DNA of 64,000 nucleotides, taken from Pseudomonadota bacterium. GTDB lineage: Bacteria > Pseudomonadota > Gammaproteobacteria > Acidiferrobacterales > Acidiferrobacteraceae. Location: contig JAKAXM010000005.1 of NCBI GenBank assembly GCA_021816625.1, positions 534 to 64,533 on the forward strand. Reading direction: 5' to 3'. The notes under the pieces are model-generated. The model was not told the origin of the DNA. It ran no database searches and saw only the letters and a list, made by a program, of their open reading frames with translations. Both the position numbers and the translations under genes were made by a program. Of this stretch, positions 17,702-27,254 are shown piece by piece. Position 1 is the stretch's first letter, and each line of letters starts with the position of its first letter.

Positions 17702-18766
17702 ATGACAGGAAGTTATCCGGAGAAGGGTGCGCCGGGTCCCGAGAGCAGGCGGTCACCCGCGCGGCCGAAGACGGTGAAGGCGCGCGGGGGAGGCGGCAAT
17801 CTTTTGTATTTGCGAGCTCGGCGTCCGGGGCAGGACGCGCGCTGGCGTCAGGACGTAAGCGGCGCCTTTTATACGCTCGGGGGCGTGTGCGTGGGTCTTG
17901 TGGCCGGCTATGTCGGCTACCATTACCGACTGTCCGACGAGCTATCCTCATTGCGCGATCCCGTCTTATTGTTGCTGGCCGTGCCGGCCCTATTGGGCGG
18001 CGGCATCGGGGCCTTTGTGGCATGGTTGCGGGCCCGTACGCGTCTGGCTCAGGCACTGGTGACGTCGGAGGGCTTCCGCCAGCGCCTCATGAGCGTTGAG
18101 CGCAATCAAGCCCTCTGGATCAGCCTCTCGGCGGTTTTGCATGACGTCCGTAACCCCTTACACAATATCCACCTGCTCATCGAAGGGTTGGAGTTTCCGG
18201 ACGCCGACGTAAACTACATCCGCCAGCAGGTCTTGGAACAGCTAGAGCGGATCAATGTGCGCGTGCGGCGCGTCGTTGCGCAGATCGCGGAATTCTCAGG
18301 CGACATAGCGCGCCAGCCGGTGCGGCTTGGACAGGTCTTGGGCGAGGTGCTGGAGATGGTGCGGCCGCTAGCGCGCCAGTCGCACGTGGCGCTGACGGTG
18401 GATTCCGGGGAGGACCCGCTCGTGATCGCGGATCCGAAGTTCCTGGTCCAAGCGATAGATCACCTGATCCTCAATTCTCTGCAGATCCTTGCCGAGCGGC
18501 CGGGTTCCGGTCCCCGGCGGCTCTCGGTGCAGGTTCGGCGCGGGGATGGCGGTCAGTTCGAGGTCTGGGTCGAAGACAGCGGCCCAGGGTTACCGGATGA
18601 GGTCCGCGAGCGCCTGTTTGAGCCACTTACGACCAATCGCACGAGCGGCATGGGTCTGGGGCTCGCCATTGCCCATGCCCTGGCGAGTGCTGCCGGCGCA
18701 CCCTTGTCCCTCGGTCATACAGGGCCGGAAGGAACCCGCTTCATTTTGCGGTTCCAGTGCCCCTGA
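17702..18766 (+). CDS. Membrane sensor histidine kinase
   Basis: Two TM helices, H-box LSAVLHDVRNPL and ATPase boxes (LNSLQI, EDSGPGL, GMGLGLAI). The start codon is uncertain because the N-terminus is Arg-rich. Confidence 0.8.
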   Translation: MTGSYPEKGAPGPESRRSPARPKTVKARGGGGNLLYLRARRPGQDARWRQDVSGAFYTLGGVCVGLVAGYVGYHYRLSDELSSLRDPVLLLLAVPALLGGGIGAFVAWLRARTRLAQALVTSEGFRQRLMSVERNQALWISLSAVLHDVRNPLHNIHLLIEGLEFPDADVNYIRQQVLEQLERINVRVRRVVAQIAEFSGDIARQPVRLGQVLGEVLEMVRPLARQSHVALTVDSGEDPLVIADPKFLVQAIDHLILNSLQILAERPGSGPRRLSVQVRRGDGGQFEVWVEDSGPGLPDEVRERLFEPLTTNRTSGMGLGLAIAHALASAAGAPLSLGHTGPEGTRFILRFQCP

Positions 18767-18816
18767 AGTCACATGGTTCCCATATCCCCTCTTTGAAGCT
18801 AGGTCGAGTATCGCTC

Positions 18817-20712
18817 ATGACAGTTACGAAGGAAGTTTTGTCGCTCCTTATTCTTGATGTCGATCCGGCCTGGATCACGCAAGCCTGCCAAGATGAGGAA
18901 CTGGCCGTTGAGTTGTATCATGCAAGCGGCGTAGAGGCCGCAAGGGCGAGACTGCAGGAGGACGGTCTGGACGCTGTGATCGTGGCGGACTTGGCCTTCC
19001 GGGAACTGCGCGCCGGGCCTGCGGTGATGGATGCACGGCCGCTCCTCGTCGTGGGCGATACCCTGAGCGAAGACGAGATCGGGGCGGCGGTGCGCTGGGG
19101 CGCGCTCGATGTCCTGACCAGGAAGGATGGCCGCCGTCTCGGGGCGCGGCTGCGCGGCCTCTTGCATAGACACGGGACCTGCAAACTGTTGTCCGAGGGG
19201 CTTGCGTATCTCGAGGAGTCACTGCTGATCGCGCGCAGCCGCGGCGGGGACAGCTATGAGATTGTCTACCGCAACCCTGCCTGCATCCGCCGCATGGGAC
19301 CTGCGAGTTCCCAAGGCGGAGACCGGCTGCTGTCGCTATCCCCGGGGCCGCGCACGGATCGACGCAAGCTCGATGAAATCCGCCACGAGATGCGCGCCGG
19401 TCACCCGGTGCGCGCCGAACTCATCGATTATCGCAGCGATGGCGAGATGGCCTGGACGGAGTTTTCGGCGGCCCCGTTGCGAACCCCCGGTTACTGGGTG
19501 GCGGTGTCGCGCGACGTCACGCGCCGACATGAGTCCGAGGATACCGCCCAACGTCTGCGCGAGCTCGTCATAAAGTCTCAGAAACACGAGAACACGGCGA
19601 TCCTGGCCGCTGGTATCGCCCACGACTTCAACAATATCCTCACGGGCATCGTTGGTAGTGCAGAGCTTGCCCGTATGGTGCTGCCTCCAGACCATAGCGT
19701 GCAAAGGGATATTGCGACCATCATTCAGGCCTCGGAGCGGGCCGCAGAGTTGAATCGCGAGTTATTGGATTTTGCGGGGCCGGGCAAGGGGGCCCTCGAG
19801 TCTGTCTACTTAAACAGCATGGTGACGACTATGCTCGTCATTCTGCGCTCCCAGATGCAAAAGTCGATCGTCGTCCGCAAGGCCTTGCGACCGGACATAC
19901 CGCCCATAGAGGCCGACCCCGCCGAGATCCAGCAGGTCATGCTCAACCTGTGCCTCAATGCGAGCGAGGCCATGGCCGCGACCGGTGGAACCTTGTCGAT
20001 CACAACCGATCGGCTCGATATCGATGAGCACGAACGAGTGGCCTTTGCTTATGGATGGCCGCAGCCCGGGCCGCACGCGGTCTTTGAGGTGACGGATACA
20101 GGCTGCGGCATGGAGCCCTCGTTGACGGAACGCATCTTCGAACCTTTCTTTTCGACCAAAGAGGGCGCCCGCGGGATTGGCTTGAGCGTTGTTTTGAGCA
20201 TCGTGAAGGCTTACCGGGGCGGCATCGGCATCGATACGGCTCCGGGCCGCGGCACGACGGTGCGTATCGTATTGCCAGCGGCACCTGAACGTGACCGCCG
20301 AAGCCCAGAAACCGTTCGTTCGGCGCGGGATGTGGGTCACCAAACCATACTCTTCGTTGATGACGAGGAGATGTTGCGTTCGCTTGCGCAGCGCGCTCTC
20401 GAGCCCCTCGGATATCGGGTGCTTGTCGCGGCCGACGGTATCGAGGCAGTCCGTGTCTTCCGTGAAAATATCGAGGATATCGACCTGGTGGTCTTAGATC
20501 TTTCGATGCCGCGCAAGGGCGGTGAGGACGCTTTTAAGGAGATGTATGCTCTCAATGGGCGTATTCCGGTCCTGTTATGCTGCGGTTATGATGAGGCAAG
20601 CGCCCAGGAAAAGACGCGGGGTTCGCGTTTTGCGGGTTATCTCGCCAAACCGTTTGGCGTAGCCACCTTGATAGACGTCGTGCGCGAAACGTTGGCGCAA
20701 TCGGACTCATGA
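18817..20712 (+). CDS. Hybrid sensor kinase (REC-like, PAS, HisKA, HATPase, REC)
   Basis: H-box GIAHDFNNILTGI and ATPase boxes NLCLNASEAM, DTGCGM and GIGLSVV. The C-terminal receiver has ILFVDDEE...DLVVLDLSMP...AKPF. An alternative GTG start lies at 18757. Confidence 0.85.
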   Translation: MTVTKEVLSLLILDVDPAWITQACQDEELAVELYHASGVEAARARLQEDGLDAVIVADLAFRELRAGPAVMDARPLLVVGDTLSEDEIGAAVRWGALDVLTRKDGRRLGARLRGLLHRHGTCKLLSEGLAYLEESLLIARSRGGDSYEIVYRNPACIRRMGPASSQGGDRLLSLSPGPRTDRRKLDEIRHEMRAGHPVRAELIDYRSDGEMAWTEFSAAPLRTPGYWVAVSRDVTRRHESEDTAQRLRELVIKSQKHENTAILAAGIAHDFNNILTGIVGSAELARMVLPPDHSVQRDIATIIQASERAAELNRELLDFAGPGKGALESVYLNSMVTTMLVILRSQMQKSIVVRKALRPDIPPIEADPAEIQQVMLNLCLNASEAMAATGGTLSITTDRLDIDEHERVAFAYGWPQPGPHAVFEVTDTGCGMEPSLTERIFEPFFSTKEGARGIGLSVVLSIVKAYRGGIGIDTAPGRGTTVRIVLPAAPERDRRSPETVRSARDVGHQTILFVDDEEMLRSLAQRALEPLGYRVLVAADGIEAVRVFRENIEDIDLVVLDLSMPRKGGEDAFKEMYALNGRIPVLLCCGYDEASAQEKTRGSRFAGYLAKPFGVATLIDVVRETLAQSDS

Positions 20713-20835
20713 GCCTTCCACTTTCTTAAATGCTTAGTATTGGAATATTATCTTACGACTCTCCGACTTACGTCCGATAATGGACTGTGGGCCCGTTTGT
20801 CACAATGGCTTCTGTGATCAAATAGGCAGCGTAGC

Positions 20836-21858
20836 ATGGGTCCGGACGGGAGCCGCGGGAAGGTAGGAGGGACTGGGTTCGACTGGCTCATGCAGATCGC
20901 CTACCTTGCCGGCAAGTCGCTTGACTTAGAAGAAGCGCTGCCGGCAACTCTTGCGGCGATTGCCGAACTGATTCCGTCCGAGCATGTGGTAGTACTCCAC
21001 CTCCAAGACGACATGATGACGGTAAAGGCCCATTGGTCGCGGCCAGGAAGCACGGACCGGTTGGAAGCCACGAGCTTTAAGAGGTCGCCCGCACTTAGTC
21101 TCTGCGATCTCGACATTGTTCACGCCGACGCCGATCAGGAGGTCGCGGTGTTGCCCTATTTTAAGGGCGGCGGGGGGGCTAAACGTGGCCTGGTCTTCTT
21201 GACCATCCCCCTTGCGGTCGATTATGTGTGTGTCGGGCGCCTCGATCTCATAAGGGACGAGGCCGGCGAGGAGTTTTCTCCCTGGGAGCGCCACTTCGCG
21301 CAGGCCTGCGCGAAGATCCTAGCCTTGAGTCTGCGCAACGGTGCCGAATACGCGCGTGTCGTGTGGCTTGCCGAGCACGATCCGCTGACCGGCATAGGCA
21401 ATCGCCGCAGCTTCGATATGGCTTTGAATCGGGAGCTCGCCCGGGCCGAGCGCTATCGGCGCGACGTCTCATTGCTTTTGATCGATCTGGATGATTTCAA
21501 GGAAGCCAATACGCATCTAGGTCTCTCGGGCGGGGATGAGATCCTGCGCCGCACGGCTAAGGTGCTGGCGGAGCGAGCCCGTAAAGGGGTGGATATCTCC
21601 TGCCGGATCGGCGGCGATGAATTCGCCATGATACTGCCTGAGATCGGTGAGCGGCAGGCGGATGATCTCGCGCTGCGGCTCGTAAAGGATGTAGCGCAAA
21701 GCACGATGTCGCTATGGCCGATGCGGTTTTCCTATAGTATTTCGACGTATCCTGCGACATCGGCTGAGCTTTTGCGGCGTGCCGCTGATGCGAAATTGCA
21801 GGCAGCGAAAAGCCGGAAGGGACGCGTTGCAGTGCCTGTGAGGGGCGCTGTGCAGTAA
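20836..21858 (+). CDS. GAF-like sensor domain plus GGDEF diguanylate cyclase
   Basis: HDPLTGIGNRRSF, LLLIDLDDFKEAN and RIGGDEFAMILPE. An AT-rich promoter-like region lies upstream. Confidence 0.85.
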   Translation: MGPDGSRGKVGGTGFDWLMQIAYLAGKSLDLEEALPATLAAIAELIPSEHVVVLHLQDDMMTVKAHWSRPGSTDRLEATSFKRSPALSLCDLDIVHADADQEVAVLPYFKGGGGAKRGLVFLTIPLAVDYVCVGRLDLIRDEAGEEFSPWERHFAQACAKILALSLRNGAEYARVVWLAEHDPLTGIGNRRSFDMALNRELARAERYRRDVSLLLIDLDDFKEANTHLGLSGGDEILRRTAKVLAERARKGVDISCRIGGDEFAMILPEIGERQADDLALRLVKDVAQSTMSLWPMRFSYSISTYPATSAELLRRAADAKLQAAKSRKGRVAVPVRGAVQ

Positions 21859-21918
21859 AAGAGTGACTAACCGAATTTTGGGCGATATAGTCCGCATAGC
21901 GGAAAAAAAGGGGACGTA

Positions 21919-22587
21919 ATGACGGCACGATTGGCAAAAGCAGGGATGTCTTCAGGGATGCAAGAATCCCGGCGCCGGGATACCGGTGCCATGCGCAGAA
22001 CGCGGCAGATATTGCTGATTGAAGACGAGGCGGTGGCGGGCCAAGCCCTTTCGCAGTCTTTGCAGGGCTTAGGGATGGCGTGCCGATGGGTGGCAACATT
22101 TGAGGAAGCGGCCGCGGCCTGGAAAGAGGCCTCGTACGACGCCGTCATTACCGACATCATGTTGGATACCGGGCGCCCGGATGGGCTTGAGGTGCTGCGT
22201 AAGATCGAGCAGGCGGGGATGCCTATGCCGGTGGTCGTGATCAGTGCCTTTGCCGATCAGACGCGGGTCAAGGAGGCGCTTAACCACGGGGCGGCCTACC
22301 TACTTGAAAAGCCCTTTTCAACTAACGATTTAAAGCGAGTTCTTGAACGTTTGTGGCAAGAGCCGAAAGGCCTCATCGGTGCGCGTGAACGGGCCTTGAA
22401 CCAAGCCACCTTGACGAATAAGGAGTGCGAGGTCGCGCGCTTGCTGTTAAAGGGTTTGTCGACGCAAGAGATGGCCCGCCTCACGGGCAACTCGGAGAAG
22501 ACCTTGAAGCAGCATATCAGCACCATCTACGAGAAATGCGGCGTATCGAGCCGGACGGAGTTCTTTCATTACATATTCCCGACCTGA
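21919..22587 (+). CDS. LuxR/FixJ-family response regulator
   Basis: Receiver domain (ILLIEDE, AVITDIML, EKPF) plus a LuxR HTH (LTNKECEVARLLLKGLSTQEMARLTGNSEKTLKQHISTIYEKCGV). AGGGGA RBS before ATG 21919. Confidence 0.85.
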   Translation: MTARLAKAGMSSGMQESRRRDTGAMRRTRQILLIEDEAVAGQALSQSLQGLGMACRWVATFEEAAAAWKEASYDAVITDIMLDTGRPDGLEVLRKIEQAGMPMPVVVISAFADQTRVKEALNHGAAYLLEKPFSTNDLKRVLERLWQEPKGLIGARERALNQATLTNKECEVARLLLKGLSTQEMARLTGNSEKTLKQHISTIYEKCGVSSRTEFFHYIFPT

Positions 22588-22680
22588 GCGGCCGTATAGG
22601 TCCTGAGGTCGATAGCGGGCCCGGGCCCGGGCCGATAGAATGGTCCCCAGCTCCAAGGAACCATAAAAAGGGTGAGGGAC

Positions 22681-22863
22681 ATGGGCTCATATTCGCTTTT
22701 GGGCACGATCGTCGTTATTCTCGACATCATCGCCATTATTAGCATATTACTGGGATCTGCACGGCTCAGCCACAAGGTGATCTGGATCGTGGTCGTGCTG
22801 ATCTTTCCTTTTGTGGGCATGATCATCTATTACCTGGTGGGACGCAGCTCCCGGGACGCATGA
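22681..22863 (+). CDS. PLDc_N-type small two-TM membrane protein
   Basis: LLGTIVVILDIIAIISIL ... KVIWIVVVLIFPFVGMIIYYLVGR is the typical PF13396-like pattern. Confidence 0.6.
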   Translation: MGSYSLLGTIVVILDIIAIISILLGSARLSHKVIWIVVVLIFPFVGMIIYYLVGRSSRDA

Positions 22864-22893
22864 TGCCGAAATTTCCCTTTTCAGGAGGTGTAC

Positions 22894-23265
22894 ATGGAAG
22901 CCAGCACTCAGTACCTGCCTGTTGCACAGGATCGCACGGGATCCAAGATCATGATGTTCGTAAGTGGGCTCGCGGTGGGTTATGCCGTGGCGACGCTTTT
23001 GGCTCCGAAGTCGGGACGCGAGATCCGCTCGTCGTTGGGTGAGTATGCCAAAAACACGACGGATAGCGTATCGGGGGCCGTCCGCAGCGCGGTCGGGGCG
23101 GCGCGTGATGCGACCCGCACGGTGAGCCGTCGCGTCGCTGAGGCCATGGATCAAGGCCGCGAGAAGGCCCGCGATGCCGTGGACACGGCAGCGGCCAAGG
23201 CGGCGAGTGCGGCCAAAGCGGCCGATGACATGACGCACGAACGGGCGACCCCGGGTTACCAGTAA
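22894..23265 (+). CDS. YtxH domain protein
   Basis: AGGAGG RBS, an N-terminal helix followed by LLAPKSGREIR, and an Ala/Lys/Asp-rich helical tail. Confidence 0.7.
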   Translation: MEASTQYLPVAQDRTGSKIMMFVSGLAVGYAVATLLAPKSGREIRSSLGEYAKNTTDSVSGAVRSAVGAARDATRTVSRRVAEAMDQGREKARDAVDTAAAKAASAAKAADDMTHERATPGYQ

Positions 23266-23378
23266 GGTCTCGGACCAAGGTCCGATCACCGGGCGGGCGC
23301 ATCCGTTCCACAATGGCTCCACCTGATCGTGGTGGCGCCGCAGGGCACACCCAGGGCAACCCATCCAAGGAGGGAGTC

Positions 23379-23969
23379 ATGACAAGGTGTGTCGCGCGGG
23401 AGCTCGTCGAAGGCAGCGGAGTGGATGCGGAGCGCCTGGTCGACCTATTGGTCGAACGGGCGGTCGCGGAGGTCGGGAATTATTATTATTACACGCTCTT
23501 GCGCCGCCATCTGGTTGGCGTTGAGGGCGACGCCTTGCGCCGGGTCATAGACGATGCGCGTGAGGAAGACCGCAATCATTTCGAGGCCCTCGTACCCCGT
23601 ATCTACGAACTCGGTGGGCGTCTGCCCGCCGTGCCGGCGACCGCGCTCGGGGGTCTGAGCGGCTTGCGCGATCTGCCGGCCGAGGCCGATGTGCCGCAGA
23701 TCCTGCCGGTCTTGCTGAAGGCCGCCGAGGAGTCCGTACGGGCCTATACCGAGCTCTGCAGTGTCACTTCCGGTAAGGACCACCGGACCTATAACTTGGT
23801 GTTGGCGATTTTGCACGAGGAGATCGCGCATCAGGTCTGGTTGCTCGAGTTTCTGGGGCGTGGCGCCATGGAACATCCGGCCCGGCCGCGCGAGCTATCC
23901 CCGTTTGTGACGCAGTTTTTGCACGCGCCCCGCCCCGTGGCCCTGAAGTCGGTGTCCTGTCCAGCCTAA
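23379..23969 (+). CDS. Ferritin-like (Dps-like) diiron four-helix-bundle protein
   Basis: AAGGAGGG RBS. Candidate metal-binding motifs are REEDRNHFEAL and LHEEIAHQVWLLEF. The helical repeat organisation is ferritin-like. Confidence 0.65.
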   Translation: MTRCVARELVEGSGVDAERLVDLLVERAVAEVGNYYYYTLLRRHLVGVEGDALRRVIDDAREEDRNHFEALVPRIYELGGRLPAVPATALGGLSGLRDLPAEADVPQILPVLLKAAEESVRAYTELCSVTSGKDHRTYNLVLAILHEEIAHQVWLLEFLGRGAMEHPARPRELSPFVTQFLHAPRPVALKSVSCPA

Positions 23970-24041
23970 GGTCAGATCCGGCCTCCTGCATTTCGTTCGA
24001 CAATGGGCCTCCATCGTCGAACGAAAGAAAGGGGGTTCTCA

Positions 24042-24263
24042 GTGCCAACCAAGACCTTGCTGACGGCGCTCGTGTGGTTGGGCGCGACATCCGGGGCACT
24101 CGCCGCGCGCGTGCCGTCGGCGGTATACAATGGCTTGAATTACGGCTACCACCGGACCCATGCCGGCGCGGCGGTGCGGGCGGCGCGGCCTGGGAGCTAC
24201 CATCGAACCGATAATGAAAGGCGGCGGCGCCGCCATGACCGGGGTGATGATTCAGGCAGTTAG
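24042..24263 (+). CDS. Candidate 73-aa secreted His/Arg-rich small protein
   Basis: AAAGGGGG lies 6 nt before GTG 24042. Signal peptide TLLTALVWLGATSGALAA. The mature part is rich in Y, H and R. No family recognised. Confidence 0.35.
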   Translation: MPTKTLLTALVWLGATSGALAARVPSAVYNGLNYGYHRTHAGAAVRAARPGSYHRTDNERRRRRHDRGDDSGS

Positions 24264-24314
24264 ACGCGGGCTACGTGACACTAACGGGATGCCAATCCCA
24301 GGAGGGCTGACACG

Positions 24315-24506
24315 ATGAATCGCGAACAGGTGCAAGGGAAGTGGACACAGGTGAAGGGCGAGGCCAAGCGTCGGTGGGGTAAACTTACGGACGATGATCT
24401 CGTCGAGGTTCAAGGCAACTACGACAAGTTGCTCGGCAAGATCCAAGAGCGCCACGGCGAGTCGCAGGAGCAGATCAAGAAATGGATAGACTCACTTAAG
24501 GCCTAG
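24315..24506 (+). CDS. CsbD-family stress protein
   Basis: MNREQVQGKWTQVKGEAKRRWGKLTDDDL...GNYDKLLGKIQERHG is the canonical CsbD pattern. Confidence 0.8.
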   Translation: MNREQVQGKWTQVKGEAKRRWGKLTDDDLVEVQGNYDKLLGKIQERHGESQEQIKKWIDSLKA

Positions 24507-24569
24507 GCGCAAGGCCAGACCGATGCAAGCAAGAACACCCCACAACAACAAAATGAGAGGGCGGATACC

Positions 24570-24947
24570 ATGAATAATGATCGGCGGTTCGCAGGTTCGA
24601 AACGAATACTGGGAGGTGTGGCCGTGGGCCTTATGGTGGTATTGGGCGCAGGCTGCGCACGCACCGGGTCCCAGGAGACGACCGGCCAGTATTTCAATGA
24701 TTCGGCGATTACATCGAAGATCAAGGCGCACATCCTCGAAGATCAGGCGTTGCAGGGCTTCCAGATCAAGGTGGATACCTATCGTGGGCACGTTATCCTA
24801 AGCGGCTTCGTGAACAGGCCCCGGCAGGTGCGGGAAGCGATGCGTATCGCGCGCCATACCCCAGGCGTGGTCAGCGTTCGCAACGATCTCGTCGTAAAGA
24901 GCGCAACGAGTTCATCGGACTCGGGCGGCTCCTATTCGGGAAGTTAG
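24570..24947 (+). CDS. BON-domain lipoprotein (OsmY-like)
   Basis: Lipobox LGAGC and a BON domain: DSAITSKIKAHILED...IKVDTYRGHVILSGFV...VVSVRNDLVV. Confidence 0.8.
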   Translation: MNNDRRFAGSKRILGGVAVGLMVVLGAGCARTGSQETTGQYFNDSAITSKIKAHILEDQALQGFQIKVDTYRGHVILSGFVNRPRQVREAMRIARHTPGVVSVRNDLVVKSATSSSDSGGSYSGS

Positions 24948-24960
24948 ATCGCGGGGGGCG

Positions 24961-25839
24961 TCAAGGCCAGGCGATATGGAGGCCGAGCCCACGCAGCCGG
25001 CTTACGGTCGGACCGATGCAGTGCGTCACGAATTGGTGGCGTGCCCCATGGGCGGCGGCTCGCGCCGCCCATGGACCTTGGGGCAGACCGGCGCGTAGGT
25101 AGAGATCCTGGGGCGGGTAGTAGAAGGTGTGCACAAAGCGCCGCAAGAGCAGGCTCAGCGCCCGTCCCAGTAGGGTCCGGGTCGTGCGGCTTACGGATTC
25201 CAAACGGTGTTTCAAGATCTCCCGGCCATACGCGATGTGGCGGGCTTCGTCGGTACTGTGGAGCGCACACAGTTCCACGGCGACCGGACAGACGCCCTGG
25301 GCATTGAGACGAACATAACGATTCAGACGGTCCGGGACCTCTTCGCCGAGCAGGATGGCAGCCCAAAAGAGCGTCGAATCGAACGGGAGCCTACGCCCAA
25401 GCAGGGTGAGGAGGCGATCGAAGCGGGTATTCGAGTCCCCCTCGGCTAGGCCCGCCCGTTCAAAAAACTCAAGAAACATGAGGCTGTGCCCCGCCTCTTC
25501 GCGCAGTTCGTGGAGATGGTAGATACGCGTGGCACGCGGTCCTTTCAAGGCGGCGTGCGCCAACCGCTGCAAAAACAGACTTTCAAGCCATATGCCGGCG
25601 CCTAGAAAGCGCGCAAATTCGTGATGGGAGAGTGCTTGGCGTGTGGCGAGCGGCAGGGCCTCGAATGCGGGCACGCCGTGCAAGGATAGCGCCGGTTCCG
25701 GCAACCAAAAGGTATGGGGCGATAGCCGGTCCCAGTGGATGCGGGTCACGGGGTCGCGATACGGGGTGCTGTGGCGGGCGAGCTGGGTGGCCCGTTCCGC
25801 GAAAGGCGGCGCAGTCTTCAGGAAGTCTGGATTGCCCAT
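24961..25839 (-). CDS. AurF-like diiron oxygenase family protein
   Basis: ELREEAGHSLMF and STDEARHIAYG ExxH motifs sit in a helical protein of about 290 aa, resembling PF11583. Not verified. Confidence 0.7.
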   Translation of the reverse strand: MGNPDFLKTAPPFAERATQLARHSTPYRDPVTRIHWDRLSPHTFWLPEPALSLHGVPAFEALPLATRQALSHHEFARFLGAGIWLESLFLQRLAHAALKGPRATRIYHLHELREEAGHSLMFLEFFERAGLAEGDSNTRFDRLLTLLGRRLPFDSTLFWAAILLGEEVPDRLNRYVRLNAQGVCPVAVELCALHSTDEARHIAYGREILKHRLESVSRTTRTLLGRALSLLLRRFVHTFYYPPQDLYLRAGLPQGPWAARAAAHGARHQFVTHCIGPTVSRLRGLGLHIAWP

Positions 25840-25931
25840 GGGCGCGCAGTATAGCGCCCTTGGGGGGAGGGGCCTAGGGCCTCACGTTGCAGGCGGACCC
25901 TCGCTTGGGTTAGTCTTGTGGCCCTTCCGAG

Positions 25932-26024
<93 letters not shown>

Positions 26025-26187
26025 TTCTGATCCCCGTACGGCAATGGTTCGTGAGGCCCCACCCCATCGGTGCGGTTACAGGCCCGGTCCCCAACCGAGG
26101 CCTCGGCGCCTTTGTTTCATCCGGTCGCGAGGGCTTGGGTGAGGCGGGCGCGTCACGGGGTCCATTGACGGGCCGCGGCCGGCCCCC

Positions 26188-27165
26188 TCAAAGAGGGTTG
26201 CGCGGTGGTGGCACGGTGCCTGCCGCCGCGCCCTTGCGGTCCGGGGAGGGGGGCGGGGCGGCCGGATCGGCCTCGACCTCGTCGAAATGCGCATAATCGA
26301 TCACATAATGGCCGCGGGCATCGCGCGTCAGCACATCGCGCAGGCGCCGGTGCCAGCGGATGGCGTCGGGCCGGTAGACGTGCCGGGCGTGGATGGTTTG
26401 CGACAAGGTCTCATCGAGTCCGGCGAGTATTACGACCAATTCCGCGTCCTCCTCCACGAGCGAGGATTCCGAGGCCCCAAAGAGCGGACTGCCGCTCGTC
26501 AAGGGATGCATGACCGTCCATGAGTAGCTGAAACTCGGGGTCGTATCGCGCAGCAAAACGAGATCCCGAAAACGCCGCATCCGGTGGCCCTCGGGGCTGC
26601 GCTCGTTGCGCATCACGGTGACTTGTACGCGGGCCTCGAGGATCTGGTTGCCGCGTTGATTGGCCACCCGGAACATGAGTGTCGGGACCCCGTGATAGAG
26701 GCTTATCACGGCCTTGGTGCTAAAGCGGATGCGGGCCCGGGGCCGCGAAAAGCGGGCAAAGGCGAGACCGGTCGCAAAGGCCAGACCAAAGAGTCCGATG
26801 AGGGTCTCGAGACTCATGAGGATGTTGGCATACAGCGTGCCCGGATACAGGATGCCGTAGCCTATGGTGGCCATGGTCTGGACGCTGAAGAAGAAGGCAT
26901 CCGCAAACGAGCCTGGCTTGGCGTGCACGATGGCGCCCGGCTGGGCGAGATAGGCAAGGGCGAAGGCCCCGTTTAGGAGCAGAAAGACGAGACCCACGCC
27001 CAGGATGAAGGGTGGCCAGCTCATGGTGATGAGGGCGTGGTAGAGGTCTCCTAGGATATCGCGGCCACTGCTCGTCCAGGCCGCCACGACACCCCGCACC
27101 CGCCGCCAGTTCACCGCGCGGTGCCCGCTAGGGCGATGCCGGGGAGGCCGGCAGACGGGTGGCAC
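26188..27165 (-). CDS. Inward-rectifier-type K+ channel (KirBac)
   Basis: It aligns by eye along most of its length with KirBac1.1 as remembered: LYHALITMSWPPF, GSFADAFFFSVQTMATIGYG (selectivity filter TIGYG), ARFSRP, SYSWTVMHP and HARH.Y. Confidence 0.9.
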   Translation of the reverse strand: MPPVCRPPRHRPSGHRAVNWRRVRGVVAAWTSSGRDILGDLYHALITMSWPPFILGVGLVFLLLNGAFALAYLAQPGAIVHAKPGSFADAFFFSVQTMATIGYGILYPGTLYANILMSLETLIGLFGLAFATGLAFARFSRPRARIRFSTKAVISLYHGVPTLMFRVANQRGNQILEARVQVTVMRNERSPEGHRMRRFRDLVLLRDTTPSFSYSWTVMHPLTSGSPLFGASESSLVEEDAELVVILAGLDETLSQTIHARHVYRPDAIRWHRRLRDVLTRDARGHYVIDYAHFDEVEADPAAPPPSPDRKGAAAGTVPPPRNPL

Positions 27166-27254
27166 CCGGATGTAATGGCCCGGGTGTTTGGGTTTTGCGG
27201 CCTTGCTGTCATTATGCTAACCTCTGCGCACCGGGTAGCCCCGGGATTCTTAAT

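Noticed and set aside
17593-25931. Classical tRNA-integrated genomic island or prophage
   Set aside because: There is no integrase, excisionase, phage or conjugation gene. I found no repeat of a tRNA 3' end (the TTCGAATCC core occurs only in the two tRNAs) and no obvious compositional break.
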